Shown: one piece after another, positions 50,746 through 64,000 of the stretch | Layout: every line of letters starts with the position of its first letter | How positions within the stretch are numbered: the stretch's first letter is position 1 | NCBI RefSeq assembly: GCF_964355755.1 | Contig: NC_092670.1 | Location: forward strand, 36,258,388 to 36,322,387 | Direction of reading: 5' to 3' | From: Antedon mediterranea | Taxonomy: Eukaryota; Animalia; Echinodermata | Length of the DNA stretch: 64,000 nucleotides | The notes under the pieces: generated by a model | Told to the model about the DNA's origin: nothing | What the model saw: the letters and a program-made list of their open reading frames with translations, nothing else | Databases searched by the model: none | Made by a program: the position numbers and the translations under genes

Positions 50746-52029
50746 GTTTTTGTATATCTCAGAGCATACATAATTTCTATGTACATTTTTATGAATCTTC
50801 ATTTTGTTTTATTTTGCTGTACAGCTGTCATATGTTGGTCTTAAGGGAGGTGAATAAATTTGAATAAATTTGAATTGATTATTTTATATATGCAAATGAC
50901 AATAAATGGAAATAATTTTCCACTGATGAATGAATGCATAGGACACATGATGTGACAGAATTACATTTTTGACCGGTAAGCCTTCCCTGAGAACCGCATA
51001 CATATTTTCTCTAAATCTCCCCCACTCCCAAATCCGGACCCCCACCTTCTCTATATCTTTACCTCTAACATAGCAGTGCTTATTTATTATGCAAATCTCA
51101 GCGTTAGAAATTAAAGACTATAATGTCGATAATGATATGTTAATTCATGACGAGGAAGCGAGAAGCGACAGACACAAATCATACACAGCGCTGTTTAATA
51201 ATTCGCATATAAATTTCTTTTTACAGAATATAAATGTCTGCTTTTAAAACTAATGAAACAGAGATTAGACGTTAGATTCGATTAAGTTTTACAGCTTGAC
51301 GTGAAGGTTTTAATAAAATTCGTGACTTCGACAGGACAAGTGTTCATGGTATAAAAGATTGTAATCTAAAGTGCCAAATTAAAAATGCAGATAATCCGTA
51401 ACATTTAGTTTCGGATATTTGGGGATTAACATGGGATAAGGATATTCGATTTCCGGTAAATCTAGGTATTTTGGAAGAATGAGGATTAGAGGAAGGACTG
51501 AAATTTAAAATTGCTCAAAGTTCCCACTAGGACGCAACGCAATGACGTAGACATATCACTGCCATATTTGGGCATACCACTACCATATTTGGGTATATCA
51601 CTACCATATTTGGACACATTACACTTGTTTATTACACTAGTTTGATGGTGTAGACAGAGCTTAAGATGTTCACAATGGAATGGTTACAATGATTATGAGA
51701 TCGCATGATATAAAGAGGTCAAGTTCTGCACTTTCATCATCAATGCCTTTGAGCATAAACTCATATTGATAATGAGTTGTTTCCCTGGAATATAATGCTT
51801 AGAGGCTATTCAATTACGATGGTATACTGAAAGTAGTCTTTAAGTTGATAATGTAATATGGAACTCTTTCTCTCTCTATGCAGGTGATTGTCACTTTAAA
51901 ATATATATCGACATGTTATAACGTTGAGGAATGAGTAAATGGAACGATCTATACCATGAGTTTGTCTTGGTAAATGTGCATATCCATAGTCGTTCGATTT
52001 GTGTCAAAAGTTCATTATGAGATTTGCCA

Positions 52030-52535
52030 AATGATGACGTAATATTGTTGTTAATGACGGAGATGATGATGATTGGTGATGATAATGTTATCGATGGTGA
52101 TGACGATAGATGATTATAGGGGGTGATGATGATAATAATAATGATTAGGATAGGCGATGATGATGATTGATGATGACAATTAGTTGTGATGATGATGATA
52201 ATGTTGATGATGATTGGTGATGATAATGTTATAGGATGGTGATGAGGGTAAGTGACAAGTGATGATTATAAAGGTGATGATGATGACAATAATGACCATG
52301 AGGTGATGACAAGTGATGATTATAGGTGATGATAATAATAATGACCATGATATGTGATGATAATGATAATGTTGATGATGATAGGTGATGATAATGTTGA
52401 TGATGATAGGTGATGATGATTTTGATGATGTATTGGTGATGATGTTATCGAATGATAATGATCATAATAGGTGATTATGATCTGATCATAATAATGATGA
52501 AGAAGATAAAGATGACGATAAGAAAAGGACGATGA
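52030..52535. repeat. Degenerate (GAT)n low-complexity tract; complementary (CAT)n-rich tract at about 40165-40500
   Basis: Directly visible; the overlapping ORFs are compositional artefacts. Confidence 0.85.
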
Positions 52536-54444
52536 AACCAAAACAATTAATACCAATTGTTGAAAATGTCAAAAATACAAAATATATGGAAAAATATTAC
52601 TGATGGTCACATACGGTACAATACATTTTCTTATGACGCACGCTACTTCCTGTCCTTATTTTAAATACTGATTCTGTTGCATTCAATAATGTTGTAAATC
52701 ACAAAAGCTGAAATGAAATTGATAGGTATTGGTAATGATAGAACTATGCGGAGGCGTAGGTTCTAAAACGAGATAATCTAGCTTATTTGTCTCATTATTC
52801 TCATATTATTATCTAACGGTTACAGTCGTGCAGTTGCGGCCAATATACTTGTGGAATTAAGCGTCGAACACGTGTCTATACACAGAGAGTTGCTATTTGG
52901 CTTCAGCTCATTGCGATTGGCCCACAGCGAACATAAATTCGGTTCGCGTTGGACGCGCGTAAATTTGAACTGTACGACGACCACACGTGATTTTATCCAC
53001 GACTAGGCCTATAATAATGATGTATTATTACTTTTGGTGAAAGTAACGATTAGAATTAAATACATTCTTCTACTCTGATAGACATAACATAAACAGAGAA
53101 AAAAATTGTCGATGATTCAACTATAGGCCTATCAATGAATTTAGATTGTAGGCTAACCACTGCAAAAAACCCCAAAAAATCACTCAGGAAAGGATGCAGT
53201 AATTCTCCAACAGAATTAGGGCTTTCGCTCTGTTATTATTATTATGGTAACCACTTGCGTGCAACTGACCGTGCTCTATCCCAAGTTGTGGGTTAGCCTA
53301 GCCTTTTAAATGTTAATACCACGCTGGTTCAACTGTGTCAGTCCTGCTGTTCATTCTCGTTTTGAAAAGGAAATCACAGTCTGAACTGTAAACTCTGTTT
53401 TAAAATACTATGTTGACTATATTAACGTGTTTGTCTTTCAATAAACCAGCCAAAGTATGAATGTTTATTCACAATTCAATTCACAATTACAATTTCAATT
53501 ATTACGATTTTACACCAACAACAAGTCAACAACACCCAAAAAAAGTACACCAAAAAGAAGCGAGTGGTTGTCAGTTTGGTGACTATTATTTAAATGCATC
53601 TACATATATAAACATGCATACAACATACAACAGAAATTATGTACAAAAAAAAGTGAAAATATTGGTCGTATGTGTGGAGGCCTACATCGTTTGGTATATT
53701 GTGGTACCTTAGATAGATGTTTTATGCCTACTTTCTAATACAGTCCCCTAGGTGCAAATCTGCCACAGGCCTGACTCACTATCACAATATAATTGATATA
53801 ATGATAACTATGAGCAAGTATTCTTTAGTTTATGTAATCCAAAGTTGAACACACTATTAGATGTAAAAGCTGCAGGGATACGTGGAGTTTGTTCTTGTGA
53901 GCCATTGGACATATACACATTAGTATTCTAGTAAGAAGCTGCCTCATTATTAAATCAATTTTACTACCATCCAGGTACATGTTTATCAATAATGAGAAGT
54001 TTACGATTAAGATCGGATTTATCTTAATCGTTTAGCATCTCACTGTTATGATTATTACTGTGGGAAGAGATTATTGTCTTACAATAAACATTACAACATA
54101 TGTTGTGGTAAATTAGAATATTATTAAAATTACAATGAACTGCTCTATTAAAATTAATTGATCGAGAAAAATTAACATTTCCTCGCGTTCTGAGATTATT
54201 GTATTCAAACAAAAACCAAACCTATCCTAAAACAAGACAAATATTATATCCCCTATATCCATATTGGCCTATGTTAAATACATTGTGTGTGTATAACTCA
54301 CATAATATCTACCACAATCGAGAGTTTAAAGAATATTATAGAAGTTTGCAACAATTTGAAATTTTTTTTTCTGGGAAAGAAAAAATGTAGGCCTATAGAA
54401 AGTGGTCTGGACTAAGTAATTTGTTTTAATATGTTAACAAAAGT

Positions 54445-54479
<35 letters not shown>

Positions 54480-54962
54480 TTATTCGTCATAAAAATAAAA
54501 TTATATTATTATATTATAAAAAGACCATATAAAACATATTTAAAATACTTATAAAACAAATTACACAACAAATGTATAATATACTGCACAGGTATGAATA
54601 GTGAAGGCATCGGAATTACAAACTTCTCTTAAATCGTGAATTAAAAATATGAATAACATTTGGAAAAAAAGATAGTCTAAAACGTGAATTATATTTGATC
54701 GTGGTGGTCTAACTCTCCCTGATATATTTACAGTAAATTCATTGTGTAATGAGTGAGAACTGTTTCCCATAAATTTTGTGACTTTACTCAACGTTTGTTT
54801 TTTATAAACACCATCAACATCTTTAACAATTGAACCAATTATTCTAGAAGCTGTTTTGCACACTCTCCTTAGTCTAGTCTTATTCTTCTCTGTTAGATTC
54901 GCAAACCATGCAATACATGTTACAACTAAAATAGATTAGATGACCGATTCATAAAACAACAA
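54445..54962 (-). mobile_element. Degenerate LINE 3' fragment (Rex1/Babar-like) with (TATC)n tail
   Basis: Minus-strand peptide LFYESVI*...CIAWFANLTEKNKTRLRRVCKTASRIIG...HSLHNEF; GATA microsatellite at the 3' end. Confidence 0.7.
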
Positions 54963-56340
54963 GTTAATGGATGTTGTGTAATGTAAGGATTATTAATAGA
55001 AAATATTATTGAATAAAGTCTCTTAAAAGGGGGAAAAATTATGATCGAGAGATAATACTATTAATATTTTTCGTTGACCTGATGGTACTATCATATTATT
55101 CACGACCTGAATTGCTTCAAATTATACATGTTTTAATCGACGTAGAAACATTTTTTCTACAACAACGTTACCATTTTGGTGTCAAAATAATTAATTCATT
55201 TTTTTTAAAGTCGAAATATGTCTTGTCTTGGGATCCATCCATCCAAGACATGTTTTTGTGGATCCATTGCGGGATAGCAATGAGGCTATTTTCGTATCAG
55301 GTCACATCGACTGTCATTCGTTGTATCATACACCTGTATCTACAGCTGGAAAGACGGTAGGATGTCTCCCTTTAAAATGTTCACTCAACACTCTTGGAAG
55401 CCGTCTTATTTATTAGACATATTTATTTAGTACTTCCTAGGGTTAGCCCAGCGACGCATTATTATTAGATCTGTGTCACAGTGGTATCATCGCTGGGGAG
55501 GTGAGATGTTACCTTAATATTCAACCCAATAATAATATAGGTTATTACAAATGTAGAGTAGGCCTACAGTAATATAGGTTAAATTACCAATGAGGTCACA
55601 TGTTTGATGAGCATAAAGCAGTGGCGTAATGGCTGTGCGCTCACTGGCTAAACCCAAGGGCCCCACCCAGAGCTTAAGGGGCCTCAGAGCATGAGCAGTC
55701 CAATGCAACTACTCAGCGTTAGAGGGCCCCTTAGGAATAAACCAGAGGCCTTTGCCATGTGCGTTACGCCACTGCCACTAAGCTTGGTTCCTACACAACA
55801 CAACGACGTACGCGCCAAGTTCGGATGACCTATCGCATCGTGATTGGTGGAAGCTATACGCTAACGTTACGGCCATGCGTTGCGTCCAAATGGGAACAAA
55901 GCTTAATGGTCATCAAACACCGTTGAAGACTGTAGAGAGAGAAAATTTCCAAAAATTCCTAGGCCAAAAAAAAAACACACTCCCAATCCATTATACAGTA
56001 GTTAAAAAAATGTTGATTTAAGCTCTGATTGGTTACCTTAAGCTCTGTGTAAACTATCAAACTTGTTTGACAAAAAAGTGTGATGTGCCCAAATATGGTA
56101 GTGATATGCCCAAATATGGTATTGGTATGATATCATCATGGTCATATATGGGCACATCACATTTCTTTGTCAAATAAAGTTTGATAGTGTAGACAAAGCT
56201 TTACAAACAATCAACCAGGCGGGACTGAATGTTTAGTACAAAAAAAAATTTTTTTCAACAAAATCATAAATATCCCAACGACACATCGAGATGGGTAATC
56301 CGACACAATTTATGTTTCTGTAGTTATTATCTACTTAGTT

Positions 56341-57182
56341 TATGGAACGCCGTTTACGCAACATTTTGATGATATGAATTTTATGACGCGATATGTGAAT
56401 GAAATGCATCGATATGAATTGAATGGCGCGATATATGAATGAAATGTTTTGAATTGAATGCTTTGAATTGAATGTTTTGAATGAAATGTTTTGAATGAAA
56501 TGTTTTGAATGAAATGTTTTGAATTGAATGTTTTGAATAAAATGTTTTGAACGAAATGTTTTGAATGAAATGTTTTGAATGAAATGTTTTGAATGAAATG
56601 TTTGAATTGAATTGAAAAGTCAAACTATTGGCGGCGTATGTCATTCCCGCTCGCGAGTTTTAACCTCTTATGCCTAAGCCTGGGTACCCTCATCTCCTTT
56701 CCACGCTGTCATCAATATGGATCCTTTACAGAGAATCCTAACAGACCTGACATTGGAATACATATTTCCGAACACAGGTCTGTTAGGATTCTCTGTAAAG
56801 GCAGCGTGGAAAGGAGTAAGGAGATGAGGGTACCCACGCTTAGGCCTAAGAGGTTGAGAAAAAAAATCGCGAGCGGGAATGACATACGCCACCAATAGTT
56901 TGACTTTTCAATTCAATTCAAACATTTCAATCAAAACATTTCATTTAAAACATTTAATTCAAAACATTTCATTCAAAACATTTCATTCAAAACATTGCAT
57001 TCAAAACAATTTATTCAAAACATTTCATTCAAAACATTTCATTCAAAACATTCAATTCAAAGCATTCAATTCAAAACATTTCATTCATATATCGCGCCAT
57101 TCAATTCATATCGATGCATTTCATTCACATATCGCGTCATAACATTCATATCATTGAAATGTTGCGTAAACGGCGTTCCATA
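56341..57182. mobile_element. IS3EU-like foldback element with (TTGAATGAAATGTTT)n arms
   Basis: TATGGAACG...CGTTCCATA termini, exact 6-bp TSD TTAGTT, and about 400-bp arms that are near-perfect inverted copies. Confidence 0.8.
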
Positions 57183-57684
57183 TTAGTTTGTTCTTTATCA
57201 AAAAAATCTAAATCAAACGATAATTACTGTAATATTAAGCTGTAATTACCAAATATTCCTTAGATACTTTTGGTAAAACCTTATATCTCACGCATGCGTA
57301 CAACAACGTTTAATTAACAGTGCACCTTTTACTCCAAAAGATTATAAAGAAGATAAATAATCAGGTAATACTTTCAGGTTTTGCTGGTTTTTGTATTATA
57401 TTTTTATACCGAAATAAATAAATTAAAAAAAATCACACTTCATAATTGAAATTCAACTGACAGATTCACTTGAAACAGACAAGAATTGTAGGCTTATTCT
57501 AGTTTGTGTAAAATAAGACAAGACCTGGAAATATTAATAATAAAACGTGTTTTATGTTTGTAATCATTGCTGCAACAACTTTCGAATCCCGAGGCGAAAA
57601 TGTCCACTATGTGAAATGGCGTCAGTGTCATTTCCACAAATCGGAACAGGTGACCTTTACATTTGAAATACATATGTGACGTAA

Positions 57685-59806
57685 AGGCTGGTTTCCTGTC
57701 GACGTAAGAAGTCGAATTTTGCAACGATTCTTGCGTTTCATACGTTTCTTACGTCTCTTACGAAAGTTGAGAAAAACTTGACGTCGTTGACCTTAGTCAA
57801 GATCGTGTCGGGCCGCATAGAAACATCTGTAGTTATGCTGCTCCCGAAAGTTGAAATTTTGGCTGTGAAACACACGTCGTATGCTTACGTCGATTTTAGT
57901 GTTGTTACGAAAGTTGAAATTTTTTCTTACGTCGGTCGGATTTATGACGTATTTGAAACAACATCTCTGATTGGTGTTTCTTTTTAGAGCGGGTTTTATC
58001 ATTATTCGCGCGAAATGTTGAATGTTATTGTACCTGTAGCTACTCAGCAGCAGTGTCAGTGCAGCACACCAACATATTATTTTCAGTAGGCTAGGCCCTA
58101 GTATTAGTAAAATACTTAATTAATACTGTACTAATAGGAATTGGATTTGACCAAATAATTAAACTAGCCTAGGCCCCTAGCCTATTATTATTAGACCTAC
58201 CTAGGCCCTAGGCTAAGCATTGGCCTATGGGCCTCCCTATAAGCATATCTAATCGAGCATGATATAGTACTAACCGCAGTAAGATACCCATTATTTACAG
58301 GCCTATAATAAGAATAAATTTAACAAAACAATATAAATTATACAAAATCAAGCAAACAATTTTTTTTTAAAGTTACATAATAATATTATATTGCTTACAA
58401 AGGGGCTTTCTATATCTTATCTTGTTGCAAATGTTCATTTTCGCGACGTTTCTACCGATGCTGATTGTTTATTGCACGTCCATAAATAAGAGTATTAGAT
58501 TTTGATATGAGTTGTAAACCAATTCAATTCAATTCATCGACATTTTTATTCCATAATCAATATAAAAACATATACAAATACAATACAAATAATAAGATAA
58601 TGGAATGGGATACAAAATAAGCACAAGCGCTTTAAGCATGTAACCCTAACAAAAAGATCAAACAATTAGTACAAACAAAAAGAACAAACCAAAATAACAT
58701 AATGTGATTTACTTAACTTAAATATTTCTATTGTTATAATATTGCTTTAATCTCTGTTTAAACAAACTTAAAGTGGGGGATTGTTTTATATAGTCTGTTA
58801 AATTGTTCCAAATATGTGTTCCTTGGTAGGAAATACATTGCTGTCCGACTTTGGTGCGTTTTAGTTGTGGACAGTAGTTTGACCTGTTTCTAGTTGAGTA
58901 ATTATGGAATGAGGCAGATGTACTAAATAAGTTATTAAATGATTCAGGTAATAGATTATGTTTATATTGATACATAAATATAGCAGTGTGTTTCGTATAA
59001 AGGTCAAAAATATTTAATGTTTGGGTCGAAATAAAAAGTGGATGAGAAGGATGCATAAAATGAACATGACAAATATTTCTAAGTGCTTTTTTCTGGAGAA
59101 TATGTATACGGTTTAAATTTGTAGCAGAAGTAGCACCCCATACTGTGATAGCATACGTTATTCTAGGTAATATAAGTGCATTGTATACCGTTAACAAGAT
59201 GTTACTTGATAACATAGACTTCACTTTGTTTAAGACACCAATTATTCTAGAAATACTGTTTGCTACCTCATTTACATGAAAATTAAACGATAAACTCCCT
59301 GATTAGAACATTATTATGCCTATATTGAAACTACTGTGCATTTGTAAAGTATGTAGGCCTACAACATCGTAAAGTGGGCTAAAATTATAGTAGTAAATAC
59401 ATACAAATGTTATTGTCCGGCTTTATTTCACTATAAGGAAATACACATTACGTCATAACTCTTGTCGCTCATTGGTTGCTTGTTACGATTGCGCTTACGT
59501 CTCTTGCGAAAGTTGACTTCAAGTCAACTTTCGTAAGAGACGTAAGAAACGTGACGCAAGGGCGTTCATTCAAGCGTAAGATAAAAAATCCCGGTTTCCT
59601 GTAAAATCGGAAGAAAACGTCGTAACGCAACAATTGTTAGGTCATCGGTTTCCTGTAAAATCGTTTGTCGTTACCATTTTTCTTACGTTGCGTCGATTTT
59701 GTAAATTTTCGATCGTAATCGGTTTCCTGTAAAATCCGCATTTCTTACGACAAATCGGCGTAGTCGCAACAAAAGTGATGTTCTTACGTCGACAGGAAAC
59801 CAGCCT
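57685..59806. mobile_element. Non-autonomous PIF/Harbinger-type element carrying a nested LINE fragment
   Basis: TIR AGGCTGGTTTCCTGTCGACGTAAGAA, 3-bp TSD TAA, subterminal GGTTTCCTGTAAAATC repeats. Confidence 0.82.
58520..59290 (-). mobile_element. 5'-truncated LINE (CR1/L2/Crack group) 3' end
   Basis: ORF 58718-59224 (YNALILPRITYAITVWG...LQKKALRNI...IWNNL...FKQRLK) is a post-RT LINE C-terminus, followed by a 3' UTR and a (GAATT)n tail. Confidence 0.85.
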
Positions 59807-62638
59807 TAACGTGTCTCGTAAAAAATGTATATTGTCAAGAGTTAAAATGAGCAAAATTATACAAAAGCTTACAGTGAACATTTTTTGTAGATCTCTATTT
59901 TCTATGCCTTTCAACAACATTTTATGAACAATGTTCATACGAAATTTCATGATGCATGAAATATCGGTAATTCTTAAATTGAATAGAGTAGGCCGCGCCT
60001 ACCTTATTTTCTTTTGTAGCTTGTTAAAGGTAGGCATAGTATTCAATTAGGGGACAGGGGCACCAACAAGGCAAAAGGTCCACAGACCTTTCAAAATACA
60101 AGTGCAATGTATGAAGACCTGCTCAGCCCAAACCATAGAGCTGGTCCTGTTTACTTGTAAATTTCGTTTCATATTTCGAAGTATAATAAGTCAAATTTCC
60201 GGGACCTAGCAAATCTATTTTTCAAAAATGTTCTTAGCTCCAAACCCCACCCCCCCCCCACCCCCGACAGCAACCAGCCTATGTCTTGTAACGCATCGTG
60301 TATGATTCGTACATGCGACAGGTAGCTAAATCTATACATATTCTAAATATTGGCCGTTTAGTCAGTCACTGTTACACTTTCGTAAGTTACTTGCAACGCA
60401 ACGACGTAGGCGCAACGTAAGTGGGTTGACCAATCACAGTGGCAGCCCGGATGACCCATCGCGCCGTGATTGGTCAAATTGCCTGCGGTTACGATGCTGC
60501 GTTTCGTTCAAATGGGAACCATTCACAGTTTAGATTCCCGTCATAATGTGATCGTATTTGCAGTGTCAAGTCATTCTGACATGCGTAATATTCAGTCTAA
60601 ACGTAGAGGATCCCTTTGGGCTCCCGTAACATCATGTAAAATGACAACATGTTTACATCCTGAAATTGACATTATCTTTAATAATTGAAGATGTTTATAA
60701 AAACAACTGTCTAAATTCACAAGATAAACAGGATACAAATTAAATTCATTTGTTTTCGTCAAAAAACCGTTTACATGTAGTCCATAATTTAATTATTAAT
60801 ATTATTATGAATAACAGTATCTTAAACGTTGGCGTAATTAATTGTAGGCCCTTGTCATAAGACTCTCTTTATTATAAGCTTATATTTATATTTTCTATTG
60901 TACGCGCTTAAAAAACCGTTTATCTGTAGTCCATAAATTTAATTATTAATATTATGATGAATAACAATATCATAAACATTGGCGTTATTAATAATAGTAG
61001 GCTTAGGCCGTTGCCATAAAACTACTCTTTAAGCGTGGTTCCCACTAGCAACGCAACGCAAGGACGTAACGCAACGCAAGTGAATTGACCAATCACAAGC
61101 GATGGCTTATTAGCTTGTGATTGCTAACTGTCTATAACTTCGCTTGTCATTGGTTAAAACGCTTGCGTTGCGTTTACGTCCTTGCGTTACGTTCTAGTGG
61201 GAACCAAGCTTTACTATTATGCTTAGGCCTATATAGATGTTTTCTAATTTACGTGTTTTTCAAAATAAATCATTTCCCGTATCGCCGATGTTAATTGTAG
61301 CCTATGCTGTCTATATTAGTCTATCTTAAAAGTAAAAATACATCGTAGCATATAGTACGAATATTGTGCACGGACGTAACTTTAAAAAAAGGGCATTTTT
61401 TGCTCCGCACACTCCACCGATAGCAAAACCCGTAAATATAAAAAGTAGAATATTAAAGATGAATATATAAAAAAAATAATAATAATTCTTAAACAATTTT
61501 TTGTTGAATATGCCATTTTAATGTCACCTAATAGTTTATCACTTTGACTAAAAATTGGATCGAAAAAAAATGTATGTACCTAAAAAAATGTAATTTAAAG
61601 CAAAACATTGTCAAATTGGCTACCAGCCAATGTTGAGTTTTTGGTTGAATTTAACCATTTATTTTTTTCATTTTATAAGTGAAAACATATTTTTTTCCGT
61701 TTTTATTTCTACGAAAGCGATTAACTTTATTAAAACTACAAAAAAATCTATTCAAATTATGATTTTATTAATCTTCATTTTTCATGTTTTTGGAGGACAA
61801 TTAAACAAACGCCGATTTGTCAACACCGTGCGTATCGTGGACCAATATCCTAATTATAAGCTATTCGATACAATAATACAACCAGACGACAAACAAAACC
61901 AAGTTATTAATAAATTTAGAAAATGATCTGTGAAAATAATTACATTGTTCAGGACATTCATAACGTATTGTTAAAATTAACCCCGAACAACTACTGGTGG
62001 CAAGGCGTGTATATCGTGTTACCAAGCAATCAATAGACGGGCACGTACAAAGAGAATATGGTGTAGATGAGCCATGCGAAAATCAAGTGCGTGGTATATG
62101 CGCCTATTTGCCTTAAGTTCATCCGTAAAGATTGGTTCCCACTAGGACGTAACGCAACGACGCAAGCGCGACGTAAAGCTTGGTTCCCACTAGGACGCAA
62201 CGCAAGAACGTAAGTTGCCAGGCAAGTGAATTGACCAATCAAAATCGAGGATTATTTCAACTGTTGCTTGTGATTGGTCAGTTCATTTGCATTGCGTCTT
62301 ACGTTCTTGCGTTGCGTTCTAGTGGGAACCACGCTTTAGCAATTTACCAATCACAGCAATGGATTATCCGAATTTTTGCTTGTGATTGGTCAACTCGCTT
62401 GCGTCCTTGCGTTGCGTCCTAGTGGGAACCAAGCTTAAGGTACACTCATCGTTATAATCAATGACAAAATTACCTATCGGTACTATAGTACCTCTATTCC
62501 TTCGACGATTTATAATTAACATAACCTTTCGTTCCTACCTAATAACGCCCAGGTGCGTAGGCATAATATGTTCCACGGATTAGCACTGCATAGCTTATGG
62601 TGTGGGTGGACGGGCTTTGGCACGTTATGATACGCTGG

Positions 62639-62758
62639 CAGTGGCGTAACACAGAGGCCTGGCCCCTGGTTTAGGAACCATACTGCTCAGGAGCCCCATA
62701 AGCTCCTGAGCAGCCTCTGGTTTAGCCAGTGAGCGCTCATATAGCCGTTACGCCACTG
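62639..62758. mobile_element. hAT-type MITE; relatives at 44140-44301 and 55619-55774
   Basis: TIR CAGTGGCGTAAC...GTTACGCCACTG with perfect 8-bp TSD TACGCTGG. Confidence 0.85.
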
Positions 62759-63444
62759 TACGCTGGCTTACACACTAACAGTTAGTGTGTCCACACAGTT
62801 GCATTATAATGTTTGAATTGTGTGATTGACGCAACAAGACTGAGAAAATATTTTATTTGTCTGGAACCAACTTTTACAATTCTAGTAGTTTCCAAATTCA
62901 CGTTCAATCGTATATTTTGAATAGATCCCTTACCGGCCGAACTTTTAAGTGTATTGATTTTTGGTCTGTCAGTAATTTCCGCTATTTGATTATCTCTTCA
63001 ATTTGCATTAGAACGAATTTCTAACAAATTAATGATAAGTATTAAAGTGCTGTCCAAATTTGATTTGTAAACGTAAAAGTAATTGCTTGGGAAGGGGAAA
63101 AGAGTGCCATATAAATGTCTTCTTAATTCGTTAATCTTGGGTTCAAATGAAATAACTAAAGATATGTCTACAGTATCAAACTAGTTTAACAAAGAAGTAT
63201 GTTTCCAAAAATGGTAGTGATATGACGTCATCGTGTCCATATATAGGCACATCACATTGTTGTCACATATAGTTTGATAGTGTGATAGCTTACTAGATTC
63301 GTGAACCATAAACCGTTGGTGAACTGTTTTTTAGTTGCCTCAATAGAGTGAGTCAAGAGACCTAGTCTAGTAGACTACCATCAGTGTGTTCTCGCTGAAT
63401 GATTAGGCCTACATGGTTAAAGGCAGGTTTTAAATCTAGTAGGA

Positions 63445-63622
63445 CTACACGATTGTAGGCCTACACGACTGTAGAACTACACGATTGTAGGCCTACACGA
63501 CTGTAGAACTACACGATTGTAGGCCTACACGACTGTAGAACTACACGATTGTAGGCCTACACGACTGTAGAACTACACGATTGTAGGCCTACACGACTGT
63601 AGAACTACACGATTGTAGGCCT
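63445..63622. repeat. 32-bp minisatellite of alternating 16-bp hairpin subunits
   Basis: (CTACACGATTGTAGGC CTACACGACTGTAGAA) x 5.5. Confidence 0.95.
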
Positions 63623-64000
63623 AATATAAACCAGTTGGCCACAGAAATGCTTAATAACCATAAACATGCTAAAATGCAAAATATTATTAAACAAAAGGTC
63701 AAAACTGAAAGTTGCAATTTAAATAGTCAAGTAAATTTTTCTTAGATTTTTGACAATTATTACAATACTGTCTTATTCGTAGAAATACTTGGTTTTGTAT
63801 TGGATTTTTAATTAAACTCTGTGTGGACGAGGTCATCCATGTCTGACGTTACGGTAATAATCTTCACGCATTTATGACGTCATTGAGAATCACAGTCTCC
63901 AAAAATGCAATGAGAAATTGAAGAATGTACTCAATTGAGGTTTAGAATATTAAAAGTAAACAATAACGTAATATACAATTGTTTTCACGCTGCTGCTTTA

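Overview
AT-rich, intron-containing animal genomic DNA, most likely a marine invertebrate deuterostome such as an echinoderm (inferred from composition, gene structure and repeat types; not proven). The left 29 kb holds two convergent genes. One is the 3' half of a BBS12-like chaperonin gene (+, six exons to 2876). The other is a complete 16-exon FBXL4 gene (-, 5012..28866), traced by hand through GT-AG junctions. The 12.7-kb FBXL4 intron 10 contains three things: a 21-bp purine-rich minisatellite, a 7-kb non-autonomous CACTA/EnSpm-type element inserted into that minisatellite (with its own 61-bp and 112-bp arrays and three nested elements), and an antisense single-coding-exon NHL-repeat gene. 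Next come a deleted Academ (XPG nuclease + Cys8) transposon and a tRNA-Asp gene. The last ~30 kb has no recognisable host gene. It contains MITEs (Harbinger-, hAT- and IS3EU-like), LINE 3' fragments and a 5S-rRNA-headed SINE. The most unusual signal is small. Aligned repeat copies show TA repeatedly converted to TAGGCCTA or TACAGTA/TACTGTA, apparently pervasive transposon excision footprints. All family assignments come from motif recognition, not database searches.
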